NCBI RefSeq assembly: GCF_041248615.1
Contig: NZ_CP158426.1
Strand: one strand, 5' to 3'
Length of the DNA: 64,000 bases
Source of the DNA: Escherichia coli
GTDB lineage: Bacteria > Pseudomonadota > Gammaproteobacteria > Enterobacterales > Enterobacteriaceae
A program made the position numbers and the translations under genes. This document shows positions 22,344 to 38,265 of this stretch, in pieces; position 1 is the stretch's first letter, and every line of letters begins with the position of its first letter. A model generated the notes under the pieces. It made no database searches. It saw only the letters and a program-made list of their open reading frames with translations, and was not told the origin of the DNA.

Positions 22344-23774
22344 TTAATGAACAATACGTCCGGCACGAGACATAAATTCTTCTTCGCTCATCTCCTGTCC
22401 GTTAAAAACAACTTTACCCGGTGTATAACGCAGTTGCAGCGAGGCGGTATTGTTGTCAATCGTGATTAACTGAAACATCTGACCTAAGGTCATCATCCCG
22501 CTGATTTGTTTATCAGCCTGCTTTTGCGCTTTTTCCGCATCCATTCCTTCAGATAAATTAAGCTGTTTTGCGATTTCTGTGGCGACATTAAGCGGTAATT
22601 TCACATCAAAATTGAGCGATTTAATATCTTTGTTTGTGGATGATGAAGATTTGGCTGGGTCGGCAATACTGATATCCAGATTGGCATTTAGTTCGCCGAG
22701 TGCATTCTTCCATCTTACCGGTTGTTTAATGGTCGGCTCACTTTTTTGTAATAACGGTAAATACTCTTTGAACAATGCAGTATTCACTTCTTGCAGAGCA
22801 ACTTCATCGTTTGCTAACTCAGGGTGTGCAGCAAGCTGCTTCTGCATCGCAATGTTATACTGGATGATAAATTGGCGCACCGCTGAGGGATCAATAGATT
22901 CAGCAATCAATGACCACTCACCACTACCGAGTTGCTGATTCCCTTTTGTTAACTTATCAAGTTCGTAGGTCAGATTGACATTGATATAATCTTTGTCTTT
23001 AACGCGATCCAGCCTGGTTTTTGCAACGAAAGCATCGATTTGGGCAACGTCTTCCCCGTGATTGATAATGTTAATCTGATTAAATTTCGACTCGCTTTCA
23101 CCAACCGGAAATTTCTTTTCTTCTAATCGCGCCAGAGAATCAATGGTAAAACTTTTCGCCGTTACTGTGTTCATTGGTGATAATTGCAGAACAATATCTT
23201 CGACTTTGCCTTCAATATCCAGGTTAGACAATGAACTACCATCACCATTAAAAGTAAACTGGCCCTCACCAAAAGAAAACTTTCCATACTCTGCAGGGGC
23301 AACATCTAATGTCGTAGAGAATGAGCCACCAAACGCGAATCGCAATGTCGCTTCCACGGGCGATTTATTTTTCGCGGCGATAAATAGCAGTTGTGTCAGT
23401 TCATTATTCACTAAGTTCACTTTTGCCGCTGCCAGTGCTGGGATGACATTACCACGCATTAACATTGTGATGGGCAACGGACCGTGCTCAACATCCACAT
23501 CAAATGCAACTTTCTGGCCTGGCTTGATATTGAGATCGGGTGCACCGTTATCGAATGTCATTTGCATTTGAAAACGGGAATTAAAAAAGCCTTTGTCAAA
23601 ATTTTGATAACTTAACGTCATATCGTAGGCATGTTCACCTTTCTTTTTAGCATCGTTAAAATCTTTAATAAATTTTTCGACACCAGGCTGAATTTGCGTA
23701 CCTGTGTACCATGTGCCACCACCCCAGATTACGGCTAACGCAACAATAACACCTGTAGCTGACTTACGTATCAT
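22344..23774 (-). CDS. yihF: DUF945-family protein YihF
   Basis: ORF track 22344..23816; ATG (cat 23772-23774) gives MIRKSATGVIVALAVIWGG. Confidence 0.8.
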   Translation of the reverse strand: MIRKSATGVIVALAVIWGGGTWYTGTQIQPGVEKFIKDFNDAKKKGEHAYDMTLSYQNFDKGFFNSRFQMQMTFDNGAPDLNIKPGQKVAFDVDVEHGPLPITMLMRGNVIPALAAAKVNLVNNELTQLLFIAAKNKSPVEATLRFAFGGSFSTTLDVAPAEYGKFSFGEGQFTFNGDGSSLSNLDIEGKVEDIVLQLSPMNTVTAKSFTIDSLARLEEKKFPVGESESKFNQINIINHGEDVAQIDAFVAKTRLDRVKDKDYINVNLTYELDKLTKGNQQLGSGEWSLIAESIDPSAVRQFIIQYNIAMQKQLAAHPELANDEVALQEVNTALFKEYLPLLQKSEPTIKQPVRWKNALGELNANLDISIADPAKSSSSTNKDIKSLNFDVKLPLNVATEIAKQLNLSEGMDAEKAQKQADKQISGMMTLGQMFQLITIDNNTASLQLRYTPGKVVFNGQEMSEEEFMSRAGRIVH

Positions 23775-23881
23775 ATAAATATTCCCTGATAAAACAGCAA
23801 AACTTTGAATATCCACTTATGCTGAAATAATGTCCAGCGGCAGGATGCATTATCAGAATGTATTTATATTTATTAAATAAT

Positions 23882-23911
23882 AAAAAAAGCCCGTGAATAT
23901 TCACGGGCTTT
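23882..23911 (-). terminator. rho-independent terminator downstream of dsbA
   Basis: hairpin gcccgtgaatattcacgggc flanked by a run of 7 A (+ strand), i.e. a U-run on the minus strand. Confidence 0.7.
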
Positions 23912-23928
23912 ATGTAATTTACATTGAA

Positions 23929-24555
23929 TTATTTTTTCTCGGACAGATATTTTACTGTATCAGCATACTGCTGCACAAAAACATCCATATTGCTGGTATC
24001 CATACCCTGCGGATTCAGCTGATATTTACCGTTAACAAACATCGCCGGAACACCACGCAATTGCACGTCAGCTGCAGCTTTTTCCTGCTGAGCGACCAGG
24101 GATTTCACCACGAAGCTGTTCCATGCCGCGTCGTACTCTTCACCTTTAATACCTGCGTTGATAAATACATCGCGGATATCAGATGCTGAACGAATGGTCT
24201 GGGTTTTCTGTACGCCTTCAAACAGCGGAACAGTGACTTTGTCTTCCACGCCCAGCGCCATCGCCACTGCCCATGCCTGAGTCAGATCTTTGCCCAGGTC
24301 ACCCCCCATGAAGTTGACGTGGTATTTAGTCATCTTCACGCCTTCCGGCAGTTTTTTCTTCACGTTATCAGAAATATGCAGAACTTCTTCAAACTGATAG
24401 CAGTGCGGGCAGAAGAAAGAGAAAAACTCCAGCACTTGCGGCGCGCCAGCAACTGGTTTTTCCAGGGTAGTGTACTGTTTACCATCTTCATACTGCGCCG
24501 CCGATGCGCTAAACGCTAAAACTAAACCAGCCAGCGCCAGCCAAATCTTTTTCAT
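23929..24555 (-). CDS. dsbA: periplasmic thiol:disulfide oxidoreductase DsbA
   Basis: 208-aa ORF; signal peptide and CPHC active site. Confidence 0.96.
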
Positions 24556-24571
24556 GATCTACTCTCTCCGA

Positions 24572-25558
24572 TTAATACATAGGTGTTAATTGCAAAGGGG
24601 GTTCTTGTAGAACTTTTGCCTGTTCTATAAAAGTCGCCGTCTGTCGCAGCCAGTAATCTTCCCCGGTTAACCACGGGAAATTTTTCGGGAACGCGGGATC
24701 AGCCCAACGCCGCATTAGCCAGGCAAGATAATAAACCAAACGCATGGCGCGTAAAGGTTCAATCAGTCCGATTTCAGCGGTGTCGAACTCGCTAAATTCT
24801 TCATAAGCTTCAATAATAGTTTCCAGTTGCATCCGCTGCTCGGCTTTATCGCCATTGAGCAACATCCACAAATCCTGAATAGCCGGACCATTACGTGCAT
24901 CATCCAGATCAACAAACATTGGACCATCGCGCCAGAGAATATTCCCAGCGTGGCAGTCTCCATGTAGCCGCAGAACGGTGAAATCTTCCCGCCAGTGTGC
25001 TGTAACGGCGGCGATCAGCTCATCTGTCGCTTTCAGAAATGCCGCTTTCAACCCGGAAGGTATCAGTGTAGCGTCCTCAAACAGCTTGCGAGGCTCAATG
25101 AGATATTCATTCAGACCGATGGTCGGGCGATGGATAAAAAGCTGTTTGCACCCCGTCTGGTGCATACGCCCTAAATAACGCCCAACCGCTTCCATCTGAT
25201 CGATATTATCAGCTTCGAACTGGCGACCACCGACGCTTGGAAAAACAGCGAAATAAAATCCCTGATGATTCAATAAAGTCTGACCGTTAAAGGCCACAGG
25301 TGCTGCGACCGGAACTTCATCATTTACCAACTGCAACGCAAATTGATGTTCTTCGAGGATTTGATCGGGTGTCCAACGTTCAGGACGATAAAATTTGACG
25401 ACAAAACGTCGACGATCTTCGTCCTGAAATTGATAGACACGGTTTTCATAGCTGTTAAGCGGGGTAAGACCGGAATCCACCCGGATCCCTTGCTCAAACA
25501 GAGCATCCATGATGGTATCCGGGTGTAGTGTCTGGAAAGTAAAAGCGCTGTTGTTCAT
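24572..25558 (-). CDS. srkA: stress response Ser/Thr kinase SrkA (YihE/RdoA)
   Basis: 328-aa ORF immediately upstream of dsbA. Confidence 0.9.
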   Translation of the reverse strand: MNNSAFTFQTLHPDTIMDALFEQGIRVDSGLTPLNSYENRVYQFQDEDRRRFVVKFYRPERWTPDQILEEHQFALQLVNDEVPVAAPVAFNGQTLLNHQGFYFAVFPSVGGRQFEADNIDQMEAVGRYLGRMHQTGCKQLFIHRPTIGLNEYLIEPRKLFEDATLIPSGLKAAFLKATDELIAAVTAHWREDFTVLRLHGDCHAGNILWRDGPMFVDLDDARNGPAIQDLWMLLNGDKAEQRMQLETIIEAYEEFSEFDTAEIGLIEPLRAMRLVYYLAWLMRRWADPAFPKNFPWLTGEDYWLRQTATFIEQAKVLQEPPLQLTPMY

Positions 25559-25634
25559 CCCATCATCCGGAAAACATTACGAATGATGAAGGATATCATT
25601 TCACGATGATTTTGGTGGCGCCGCTTACAAGCTT

Positions 25635-25904
25635 TTACTCTTTAATTACGCCGCGAGCGCGTAACAGCGCCGTTTTGAAATCTTCTTCATAATCTTTTTG
25701 CAAACCCGGGATCACCGCATCTTTCGCGGAATCACGCATTTTCAGGTGATAGATCAGAATGTCATCCGTCAAATCCGCCAGTTCGCCGTCAAAACCTGAC
25801 TCTTTCGCCAGTTTCTGCAAAAATTGCAGCAGGTTAAGGTCTGGCTCTTTTTGCCAGGCTGGCTGGAGGAGTTCAATAACTTCATTCAGACGTTTACATT
25901 TCAT
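25635..25904 (-). CDS. yihD: DUF1040 protein YihD
   Basis: ORF track 25635..25934; ATG (cat 25902-25904) gives [18 protein letters not shown]. Confidence 0.82.
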
Positions 25905-25973
25905 AGTAATGCTCCTTACTCTTGAGACAGACACGTTAGCAGGGTCAATCCCACAATAAAAGAGGCGATATCG

Positions 25974-26558
25974 GTGAATCTGATGACGACGATAACAGGC
26001 GTTGTGCTGGCGGGCGGTAAAGCCAGACGAATGGGCGGCGTAGATAAAGGATTGCTTGAATTAAACGGCAAACCATTATGGCAACATGTCGCTGACGCGC
26101 TTATGACGCAGCTTTCTCACGTCGTGGTTAATGCTAATCGTCATCAGGAAATCTATCAGGCAAGCGGTCTGAAAGTGATTGAAGATTCACTGGCGGATTA
26201 CCCAGGCCCTCTGGCAGGAATGCTTTCAGTAATGCAGCAGGAAGCTGGTGAGTGGTTTTTGTTTTGTCCGTGCGATACGCCTTACATTCCCCCTGATTTA
26301 GCCGCCCGGCTTAATCATCAGCGCAAAGATGCGCCTGTCGTGTGGGTCCATGACGGTGAACGCGATCACCCGACTATTGCTCTGGTAAACCGCGCTATTG
26401 AGCCTTTATTACTAGAATATCTGCAAGCAGGAGAACGCCGGGTAATGGCATTTATGCGTCTGGCTGGCGGGCATGCGGTTGATTTCAGCGATAATAAAGA
26501 TGCATTTATTAACGTGAATACGCCAGAGGAGCTTGCCCGATGGCAGGAAAAACGATGA
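25974..26558 (+). CDS. mobA: molybdenum cofactor guanylyltransferase MobA
   Basis: 194-aa ORF, GTG start; [14 protein letters not shown] motif. Confidence 0.9.
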
Positions 26559-27067
26559 TACCGTTACTCGCCTTTGCCGCGTGGAGTGGCACTGGAAAAA
26601 CTACGCTGCTGAAAAAACTGATCCCGGCATTATGCGCCAGAGGGATCCGTCCAGGGCTGATTAAGCATACGCACCATGATATGGATGTTGATAAACCGGG
26701 CAAAGATAGCTATGAGCTGCGCAAGGCTGGCGCGGCACAAACCATCGTTGCCAGCCAGCAGCGATGGGCCTTGATGACGGAAACACCAGACGAAGAAGAG
26801 CTGGATCTACATTTTCTCGCAAGTCGAATGGATACCTCAAAGCTGGATTTGATTCTGGTCGAAGGGTTTAAGCATGAAGAGATCGCAAAGATTGTGCTGT
26901 TTCGCGATGGAGCCGGACATCGACCTGAAGAATTAGTGATAGACAGGCATGTTATTGCTGTAGCCAGTGATGTGCCGCTTAATCTTGATGTCGCATTACT
27001 GGATATTAATGATGTTGAGGGGCTGGCTGATTTTGTGGTGGAGTGGATGCAAAAGCAGAACGGATAA
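26540..27067 (+). CDS. mobB: molybdopterin-guanine dinucleotide biosynthesis adapter MobB
   Basis: 175-aa ORF overlapping mobA by 19 nt; P-loop SGTGKTTL. Confidence 0.88.
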   Translation: MAGKTMIPLLAFAAWSGTGKTTLLKKLIPALCARGIRPGLIKHTHHDMDVDKPGKDSYELRKAGAAQTIVASQQRWALMTETPDEEELDLHFLASRMDTSKLDLILVEGFKHEEIAKIVLFRDGAGHRPEELVIDRHVIAVASDVPLNLDVALLDINDVEGLADFVVEWMQKQNG

Positions 27068-27095
27068 GCAAGAGTAGGCTGGATAAGACGCGCCA
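27068..27095. repeat. left half of a REP unit interrupted by the IS
   Basis: flank gtaggctggataagacgcgcca joins with 28528-28545 (gccagcgtcgcatccggc) to form one REP once the IS and one copy of GCCA are removed. Confidence 0.7.
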
Positions 27096-27619
27096 TGAAC
27101 TGCACCCCAAATGTTGGACATAATCTGACATCTGAAGGTGCAGTTTATGAAACATTCATTTGAAGTAAAACTTGCCGCTGTAAATCATTACCTGGCTGGT
27201 CAGGCAGGCATCATTTCTACGGCAAAACTCTTTCAACTTTCTCACACCAGCCTCTCACACTGGATTAATCTTTTTCTTCTTCACGGTCCTCGGGCACTGG
27301 ATTGCAGACACAAGCGTAGCTATTCTCCTGAAGATAAACTTTGCGTGGTTCTTTATGCTCTCGGGCATTCTGAGTCTCTACCCCGGGTAGCTGCCCGGTT
27401 TAACATTCCCAGCCACAACACGGTTAAAAACTGGATAAAAGGCTACCGCAAATCTGGTAATGAGGCCTTTATCAGGCGCAGGAAGGAGAAAAGCATGACC
27501 CGTTCTGATGATACCCATGAAAACGAGGCAAACATGACGCCGGAAGAGATGAAGAATGAGCTGCGTTATCTTCGCGCAGAAAATGCATATCTGAAAGCCA
27601 TGCAGGAGCATCTCCTGGA

Positions 27620-28527
<908 letters not shown>

Positions 28528-28545
28528 GCCAGCGTCGCATCCGGC
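28528..28545. repeat. right half of the REP unit interrupted by the IS
   Basis: gccagcgtcgcatccggc; see 27068-27095. Confidence 0.7.
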
Positions 28546-28562
28546 ATTTTTTTCACCAACGC

Positions 28563-28588
28563 AAAAAGGCCATCCGTCAGGATGGCCT
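28563..28588 (-). terminator. rrn operon terminator (T1-like)
   Basis: hairpin ggccatcctgacggatggcc followed by a U-run on the minus strand, just downstream of 5S. Confidence 0.75.
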
Positions 28589-28601
28589 TCTGCTTAATTT
28601 G

Positions 28602-28721
28602 ATGCCTGGCAGTTCCCTACTCTCGCATGGGGAGACCCCACACTACCATCGGCGCTACGGCGTTTCACTTCTGAGTTCGGCATGGGGTCAGGTGGGACCA
28701 CCGCGCTAAGGCCGCCAGGCA
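28602..28721 (-). rRNA. rrfA: 5S ribosomal RNA
   Basis: reverse complement reads TGCCTGGCGGCC...GGGAACTGCCAGGCAT, 120 nt. Confidence 0.97.
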
Positions 28722-28814
28722 AATTCTGTTTTATCAGACCGCTTCTGCGTTCTGATTTAATCTGTATCAGGCTGAAAATCTTTCTCTCATCCGCCAAAAC
28801 ATCTTCGGCGTTGT

Positions 28815-31729
<2,915 letters not shown>

Positions 31730-31902
31730 AAGATGTTTCTTTCGATTCATCATCGTGTTGCGAAAATTTGAGAGACTCACGAACAACTTTCATTGTTCAG
31801 TGTTTCAATTTTCAGCTTGATCCAGATTTTTAAAGAGCAAAACTTCGCAGTGAACCTTTGCAGGTACACTCTGAAGTATTTTTTATTTAATCACTACAGA
31901 GA

Positions 31903-31978
31903 TGGTGGAGCTATGCGGGATCGAACCGCAGACCTCCTGCGTGCAAAGCAGGCGCTCTCCCAGCTGAGCTATAGCCCC
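31903..31978 (-). tRNA. alaT: tRNA-Ala (UGC), rrn spacer tRNA
   Basis: reverse complement GGGGCTATAGCTCAGCTGGGAGAGCGCCTGCTTTGCACGCAGGAGGTCTGCGGTTCGATCCCGCATAGCTCCACCA. Confidence 0.97.
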
Positions 31979-32020
31979 ATAACATGTAGTTAAAACCTCT
32001 TCAAATTTGCGGTGCAAATT

Positions 32021-32097
<77 letters not shown>

Positions 32098-32165
32098 GTA
32101 GAGGTTTTACTGCTCATTTTCATCAGACAATCTGTGTGAGCACTGCAAAGAACGCTTCTTTAAGG

Positions 32166-33707
<1,542 letters not shown>

Positions 33708-33840
33708 AAAAGTTTGATGCTCAAAGAATTAAACTTCGTAATGAATTACGTGTTCACTCTTGAGACTTGGTATTCATTTATCGTCTTGCGACGTTAAGAA
33801 TCCGTATCTTCGAGTGCCCACACAGATTGTCTGATAAATT

Positions 33841-33851
33841 GTTAAAGAGCA
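33841..33851 (-). promoter_or_regulatory. boxA antitermination element in the rrn leader
   Basis: gttaaagagca is the reverse complement of TGCTCTTTAAC. Confidence 0.7.
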
Positions 33852-33884
33852 GTGCCGCTTCGCTTTTTCTCAGCGGCGCGGGGT

Positions 33885-33918
33885 GTGCATAATACGCTTT
33901 CCCGCTACAGAGTCAAGC
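33885..33918 (-). promoter_or_regulatory. rrn P2 promoter
   Basis: minus strand TTGACT (33911-33916) ... TATTATG (33888-33894). Confidence 0.7.
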
Positions 33919-34004
33919 ATTTTTTTGCTTTTCCCTGTTGAGATTCTCAGGAGAACCCCGCTGACCCGGCGGCGTGTTTGCCGTTGTTCCGTGTCAGTGG
34001 TGGC

Positions 34005-34060
34005 GCATTATAGGGAGTTATTCCGGCCTGACAAGAGGAAATTTAAAATAATTTTCTGAC
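34005..34060 (-). promoter_or_regulatory. rrn P1 promoter with UP element
   Basis: minus strand TTGTCA (34029-34034) ... TATAAT (34007-34012), preceded by an AT-rich UP-like tract. Confidence 0.7.
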
Positions 34061-34083
34061 CGCGCATTTTTTATTCTTTATGC

Positions 34084-34629
34084 TTATTTCAGCGTCGGTT
34101 TGTCGGTTAAATGGGCGATTTCTCGGGCGAAATTCGCCACCTGCTCCCAATCGGTATAGACAACTTCTTTGCGCGTATCCGTTTCACCGCCTGACATCTT
34201 CATAATTAACTTGATCATAAAACGGTCATACCAGCGATAACGTGGGTAACGCAGCGCCCCGGCAATGACCGCGCAGCGATCGGGACGCCATTGTGAACTC
34301 ATCAGAAACTTCCGCGCGTAGCTGTTGGTCTGTGGAGTACGCTTCTCAGGTTTACGCGCCACCAGGTTTACGGAGTAAAAGGCGCTCGGCATCGAATTCA
34401 GCCGCGTCGCATGCTTTTTGACAAATTCCTGGAACGCAGAGTGGTAGTGACCATAGCGAATAGAAGCACCAATGACCACACGGTCGTAGTTTTCCCACTG
34501 TGGTTCTTCAATGCGGTGCACATTGGCGACATCCGCCTGGATCCCCAGTTCTTTCAGTTCCGAAGCCAGGTAGGAGGCAATCTCGCGCGTTTGTCCGTCC
34601 CTTGTTGAGAAAAGAATTAATGTTTTCAC
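34084..34629 (-). CDS. hemG: protoporphyrinogen IX oxidase (flavodoxin-like) HemG
   Basis: 181-aa ORF starting [18 protein letters not shown]. Confidence 0.93.
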   Translation of the reverse strand: MKTLILFSTRDGQTREIASYLASELKELGIQADVANVHRIEEPQWENYDRVVIGASIRYGHYHSAFQEFVKKHATRLNSMPSAFYSVNLVARKPEKRTPQTNSYARKFLMSSQWRPDRCAVIAGALRYPRYRWYDRFMIKLIMKMSGGETDTRKEVVYTDWEQVANFAREIAHLTDKPTLK

Positions 34630-34640
34630 GTATTACTCCA

Positions 34641-36092
34641 TCATTCACGCCAGAAAGTCGGGGTAAAGAGCACCAGCAATGTAAAGACCTCAAGACGACC
34701 AAACAGCATGTTGGCAATCAGGATCCATTTAGCCACCGGGTTCATACTGGTAAAGTTATCAGCAACCACGCCAAGCCCTGGCCCCAGGTTATTCAATGTC
34801 GCAACAACTGAGGCAAAGGCAGAAAAGTCATCCACGCCCGTGGCGATAATCGCCAGCATACTGACAATAAACACCAATGCATAGGCGGAGAAAAATCCCC
34901 AAACGGCTTCGAGGATACGTTCCGGCAGTGCGCGATTCCCCAGCTTAATGCTATAGACGGCGTTCGGATGCACCAGTCGTTTCAGCTCACGGTTCCCCTG
35001 CTTAAACAGCAGCAGGATGCGGATCACTTTCAGGCCACCGCCCGTTGACCCGGCACAACCGCCGATAAAAGCTGAACATAAGAGCAGTACCGGCAAAAAG
35101 AGCGGCCAGCGGGCAATGCTGTCAGTCGTAAACCCGGCGGTTGTCGCCATCGACACCACCTGGAAAAACGCCTGGTTAATTGTCATCAGCGCCGAACTAT
35201 AGACATTATGAAACCACAGCACGAGGGTACAAATAATCACCAGCGTAAACTGTACGCCGATAAACATGCGAAATTCCGGATCGCGCCAATAAACCTTCAG
35301 ACTACGCCCACTTAACAGCGAAAAGTGCAGACCGTAGTTACAGCCGGAGATCAACAGGAAGATAGCAATGATAGTGTTAATTGTCGGGCTGTCGAAATAA
35401 CCGATACTGGCATCATGTGTCGAGAAGCCGCCAATAGCGATAGTCGCAAAGCTATGGCCGATGGCATCAAAGGCATCCATTCCGGCAAACCACAACGCCA
35501 GCGCACAGGCGACGGTCAGCAAGACATAAATCAACCACAGGGTTTTCGCCGTTTCCGCAATTCGCGGGCGCATTTTGTTATCTTTCAGCGGGCCGGGCAT
35601 TTCTGCGCGATAGAGCTGCATCCCACCCACGCCGAGGATAGGCAGTATCGCAACCGCCAACACGATGATCCCCATCCCGCCAAACCATTGCAGCATCTGG
35701 CGATAAAAGAGGATGGCGTGAGGGAGCGAATCCAGCCCCACCAGCGTAGTGGCCCCCGTGGTGGTCAGGCCAGAGAAAGATTCAAAAAACGCATCGGTAA
35801 TCGTGAGGTTCGGGCTTTCCGAGAAGATAAAAGGGAGCGCACCGACGCTACCCAGCACGGTCCAGAACAGCACCACTATCAGAAACCCCTCACGGGATTT
35901 CAGTTCGCCCTTCTCTTTGCGGTTCGGCCACCACAGCATAGAGCCAATGGCGAGGGCGACAAAAAAGGTCTGGGTAAAAGCGCGGCCCGCTCCATCCCGG
36001 TAGATGAGTGCTACCAGCCCAGGGATAATCATGGTCCCTGAAAATAAGATGACCAGTAGTCCAACGATTCGGGTAATGGCGCGAAAATGCAT
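34641..36092 (-). CDS. trkH: Trk system potassium uptake protein TrkH
   Basis: 483-aa multi-TM ORF. Confidence 0.93.
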   Translation of the reverse strand: MHFRAITRIVGLLVILFSGTMIIPGLVALIYRDGAGRAFTQTFFVALAIGSMLWWPNRKEKGELKSREGFLIVVLFWTVLGSVGALPFIFSESPNLTITDAFFESFSGLTTTGATTLVGLDSLPHAILFYRQMLQWFGGMGIIVLAVAILPILGVGGMQLYRAEMPGPLKDNKMRPRIAETAKTLWLIYVLLTVACALALWFAGMDAFDAIGHSFATIAIGGFSTHDASIGYFDSPTINTIIAIFLLISGCNYGLHFSLLSGRSLKVYWRDPEFRMFIGVQFTLVIICTLVLWFHNVYSSALMTINQAFFQVVSMATTAGFTTDSIARWPLFLPVLLLCSAFIGGCAGSTGGGLKVIRILLLFKQGNRELKRLVHPNAVYSIKLGNRALPERILEAVWGFFSAYALVFIVSMLAIIATGVDDFSAFASVVATLNNLGPGLGVVADNFTSMNPVAKWILIANMLFGRLEVFTLLVLFTPTFWRE

Positions 36093-36130
36093 CTCTGCCG
36101 CTTCCTTAGTTCTGCAAAACGAAGTGGGGA

Positions 36131-36745
36131 TTATTCTTCAATCGCTAACAATTGCAATGAACCACGGCTAAAATCCGCCAGCTTTGCGGAAAATTCAGCC
36201 ACTTTCGCCGCCGGAAGCGCCACCCGCAGCAGAACGAATGCCTGATAATCACTGTTGATAATTTTGCCGTCACACTGCCCCAGCAACGCTTCAATGCCGG
36301 TTAACTGACTATATTCACATTGCAAAGTATATTCGGTTAATGGCGTCTTGCGTTGGGTCGTTAGCTGGCGCAGCGCCTGATTCACTCCGCCGCCATACGC
36401 TTTCACTAACCCACCGGTGCCAAGCAATATGCCGCCGTAGTAGCGCACCACCACAGCGGTAATTTCCCCGACGCCGCTGCCCATTAGCTGAGCGAGCATC
36501 GGTTTACCTGCCGTTCCCGCCGGCTCCCCATCGTCAGAGAAACCCAGCTGTTGTGAATCGTCAGGCGCACCCGCCACCCACGCCACGCAATGGTGGCGGG
36601 CATCGGGGTGTTCTGCCCGTACCGATTCAACAAACGCTTTCGCCGCCTCAACGCCATCGGTATGCGCCAACATCGTTATGAAGCGGCTTTTTTTGATCTC
36701 TTCAACGACCGTGACCGGTGCCGCAGGAATTAACCAGCTTTCCAT
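36131..36745 (-). CDS. yigZ: IMPACT-family protein YigZ
   Basis: ATG (cat 36743-36745) overlaps the pepQ stop by 1 nt; the track ORF starts one codon earlier on GTG. Confidence 0.85.
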   Translation of the reverse strand: MESWLIPAAPVTVVEEIKKSRFITMLAHTDGVEAAKAFVESVRAEHPDARHHCVAWVAGAPDDSQQLGFSDDGEPAGTAGKPMLAQLMGSGVGEITAVVVRYYGGILLGTGGLVKAYGGGVNQALRQLTTQRKTPLTEYTLQCEYSQLTGIEALLGQCDGKIINSDYQAFVLLRVALPAAKVAEFSAKLADFSRGSLQLLAIEE

Positions 36746-38076
36746 CACGCCAGTTTCAGATCCCGGGTCATGTTTTCCACGTTGTTTTCGTGGATCACCA
36801 CGTTGTCTTCGATACGAATGCCGCCGAACGGTTTCAGTGCTTCAATTTTCTGCCAGTTAAAGTGTTTACTGAACTGCCCTTCACGCCACGGTGCCAGTAG
36901 CGATTCGATGAAGTAGATACCCGGCTCGATGGTTAACACCATGCCCGGCTGGAGAATACGGGTGCAGCGCAGGTACGGATATTTTGCCGGTGCCGCGAGG
37001 TGCGTACCGCTATCATCCTGCATAAAACCGGCTACGTCATGCACCTGCAGGCCCAGCGGATGGCCGATACCGTGCGGCATAAACGGTCCGGTGAGATCGT
37101 TTTCGACCATCGCTTCTTCACTCATATCGGTGATGATTTGATGTTTACGCAGCAGTTTGGCGATGCGCTGATGGAACTGGATGTGGTAATCCACATAGCT
37201 GACGCCTGCTTTCATGGTGGCGATCAGCGCCAGTTGTTCATCATTTACGTCTTTCACCAGCTGTGCGTAGTCGTTGTCGCTTTTTGCCGACCAGGTACGG
37301 GTCAGGTCAGCCGCATAGCCGTTATATTCGGCCCCGGCATCCAGCAGGAAGCTGCGCATCTCTTCCGGTGCCTGGTGGTCCAGTTTGGTGTAATGCAACA
37401 CCGCAGCGTGTTCGTTAAGCGCCACAATGTTGCTGTAAGGTACGTCGGTATCACGATGACCGGTCGCGGTCAGATAGGCAATATTGATATCGAACTCGCT
37501 CATGCCAGAACGGAACGCTTCTTCTGCCGCGCGATGACCGTTGACCGCCATTTTCTGCGCTTCACGCATACAGGCCAGTTCGTACTCGGTTTTGAAGGAG
37601 CGGTAGTAATGCAGGTAGTCGATCACCCCTTTCGGGTTGATATTGCTGGCCTCAATACCCAGTTGCAGCGCACGCTCCGGCACCGGACCGATATAACCGA
37701 TATTCCCGCGCGCAGCAGGCAGCAGGCTACCAATGCCATCGGCTTTCGGCAGCGCGATCACTTCTACATCTTCAGTGCAGAAGGAGGTCGGCAGCGGTTC
37801 GACGTTGTGCCAGTAATCAACCGGCAGATAAAACCACAGTTTCGGCTTGTTCACGCCATCCACCAACAGCCAGCAGTTTGGCACCTGAGTTACCGGCACC
37901 CACGCTTTGAATTGCGGATTCACTTTAAACGGATAGGGATGATCGTCGAGAAAAACGTTGAACAGTTCGCCGGAGTGAATAAGTAACGCATCCAGCTTGA
38001 AGCGCGCCAGCGCATCGCGAGTCCGTTCTTGTAAGGTAGCTATATGATTTTTATAGAGTGAGGCCAGTGATTCCAT
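36745..38076 (-). CDS. pepQ: Xaa-Pro dipeptidase (prolidase)
   Basis: 443-aa ORF; M24 metallopeptidase-like. Confidence 0.93.
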   Translation of the reverse strand: MESLASLYKNHIATLQERTRDALARFKLDALLIHSGELFNVFLDDHPYPFKVNPQFKAWVPVTQVPNCWLLVDGVNKPKLWFYLPVDYWHNVEPLPTSFCTEDVEVIALPKADGIGSLLPAARGNIGYIGPVPERALQLGIEASNINPKGVIDYLHYYRSFKTEYELACMREAQKMAVNGHRAAEEAFRSGMSEFDINIAYLTATGHRDTDVPYSNIVALNEHAAVLHYTKLDHQAPEEMRSFLLDAGAEYNGYAADLTRTWSAKSDNDYAQLVKDVNDEQLALIATMKAGVSYVDYHIQFHQRIAKLLRKHQIITDMSEEAMVENDLTGPFMPHGIGHPLGLQVHDVAGFMQDDSGTHLAAPAKYPYLRCTRILQPGMVLTIEPGIYFIESLLAPWREGQFSKHFNWQKIEALKPFGGIRIEDNVVIHENNVENMTRDLKLA

Positions 38077-38223
38077 TTTTTACCCTTCTGTTTTATTGAC
38101 CTTAAGTCTCCGCATCTTAGCACATCGTTCATCCAGAGCGTGATTTCTGCCGAGCGTGATCAGATCGGCATTTCTTTAATCTTTTATTTGCATATTTTTA
38201 ACACAAAATACACACTTCGATGC

Positions 38224-38240
38224 ATCTGGTACGACCAGAT
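38224..38240. promoter_or_regulatory. FadR operator in the fadBA promoter
   Basis: palindrome atctggtacgaccagat about 25 bp upstream of the fadB ATG. Confidence 0.65.
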
Positions 38241-38265
38241 CACCTTGCGGATTCAGGAGACTGAC

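Noticed and set aside
35325-36041. 238-aa ORF antisense to trkH
   Set aside because: Shadow ORF opposite a confidently identified membrane protein gene.
37000-37986. 328-aa ORF antisense to pepQ
   Set aside because: Shadow ORF.
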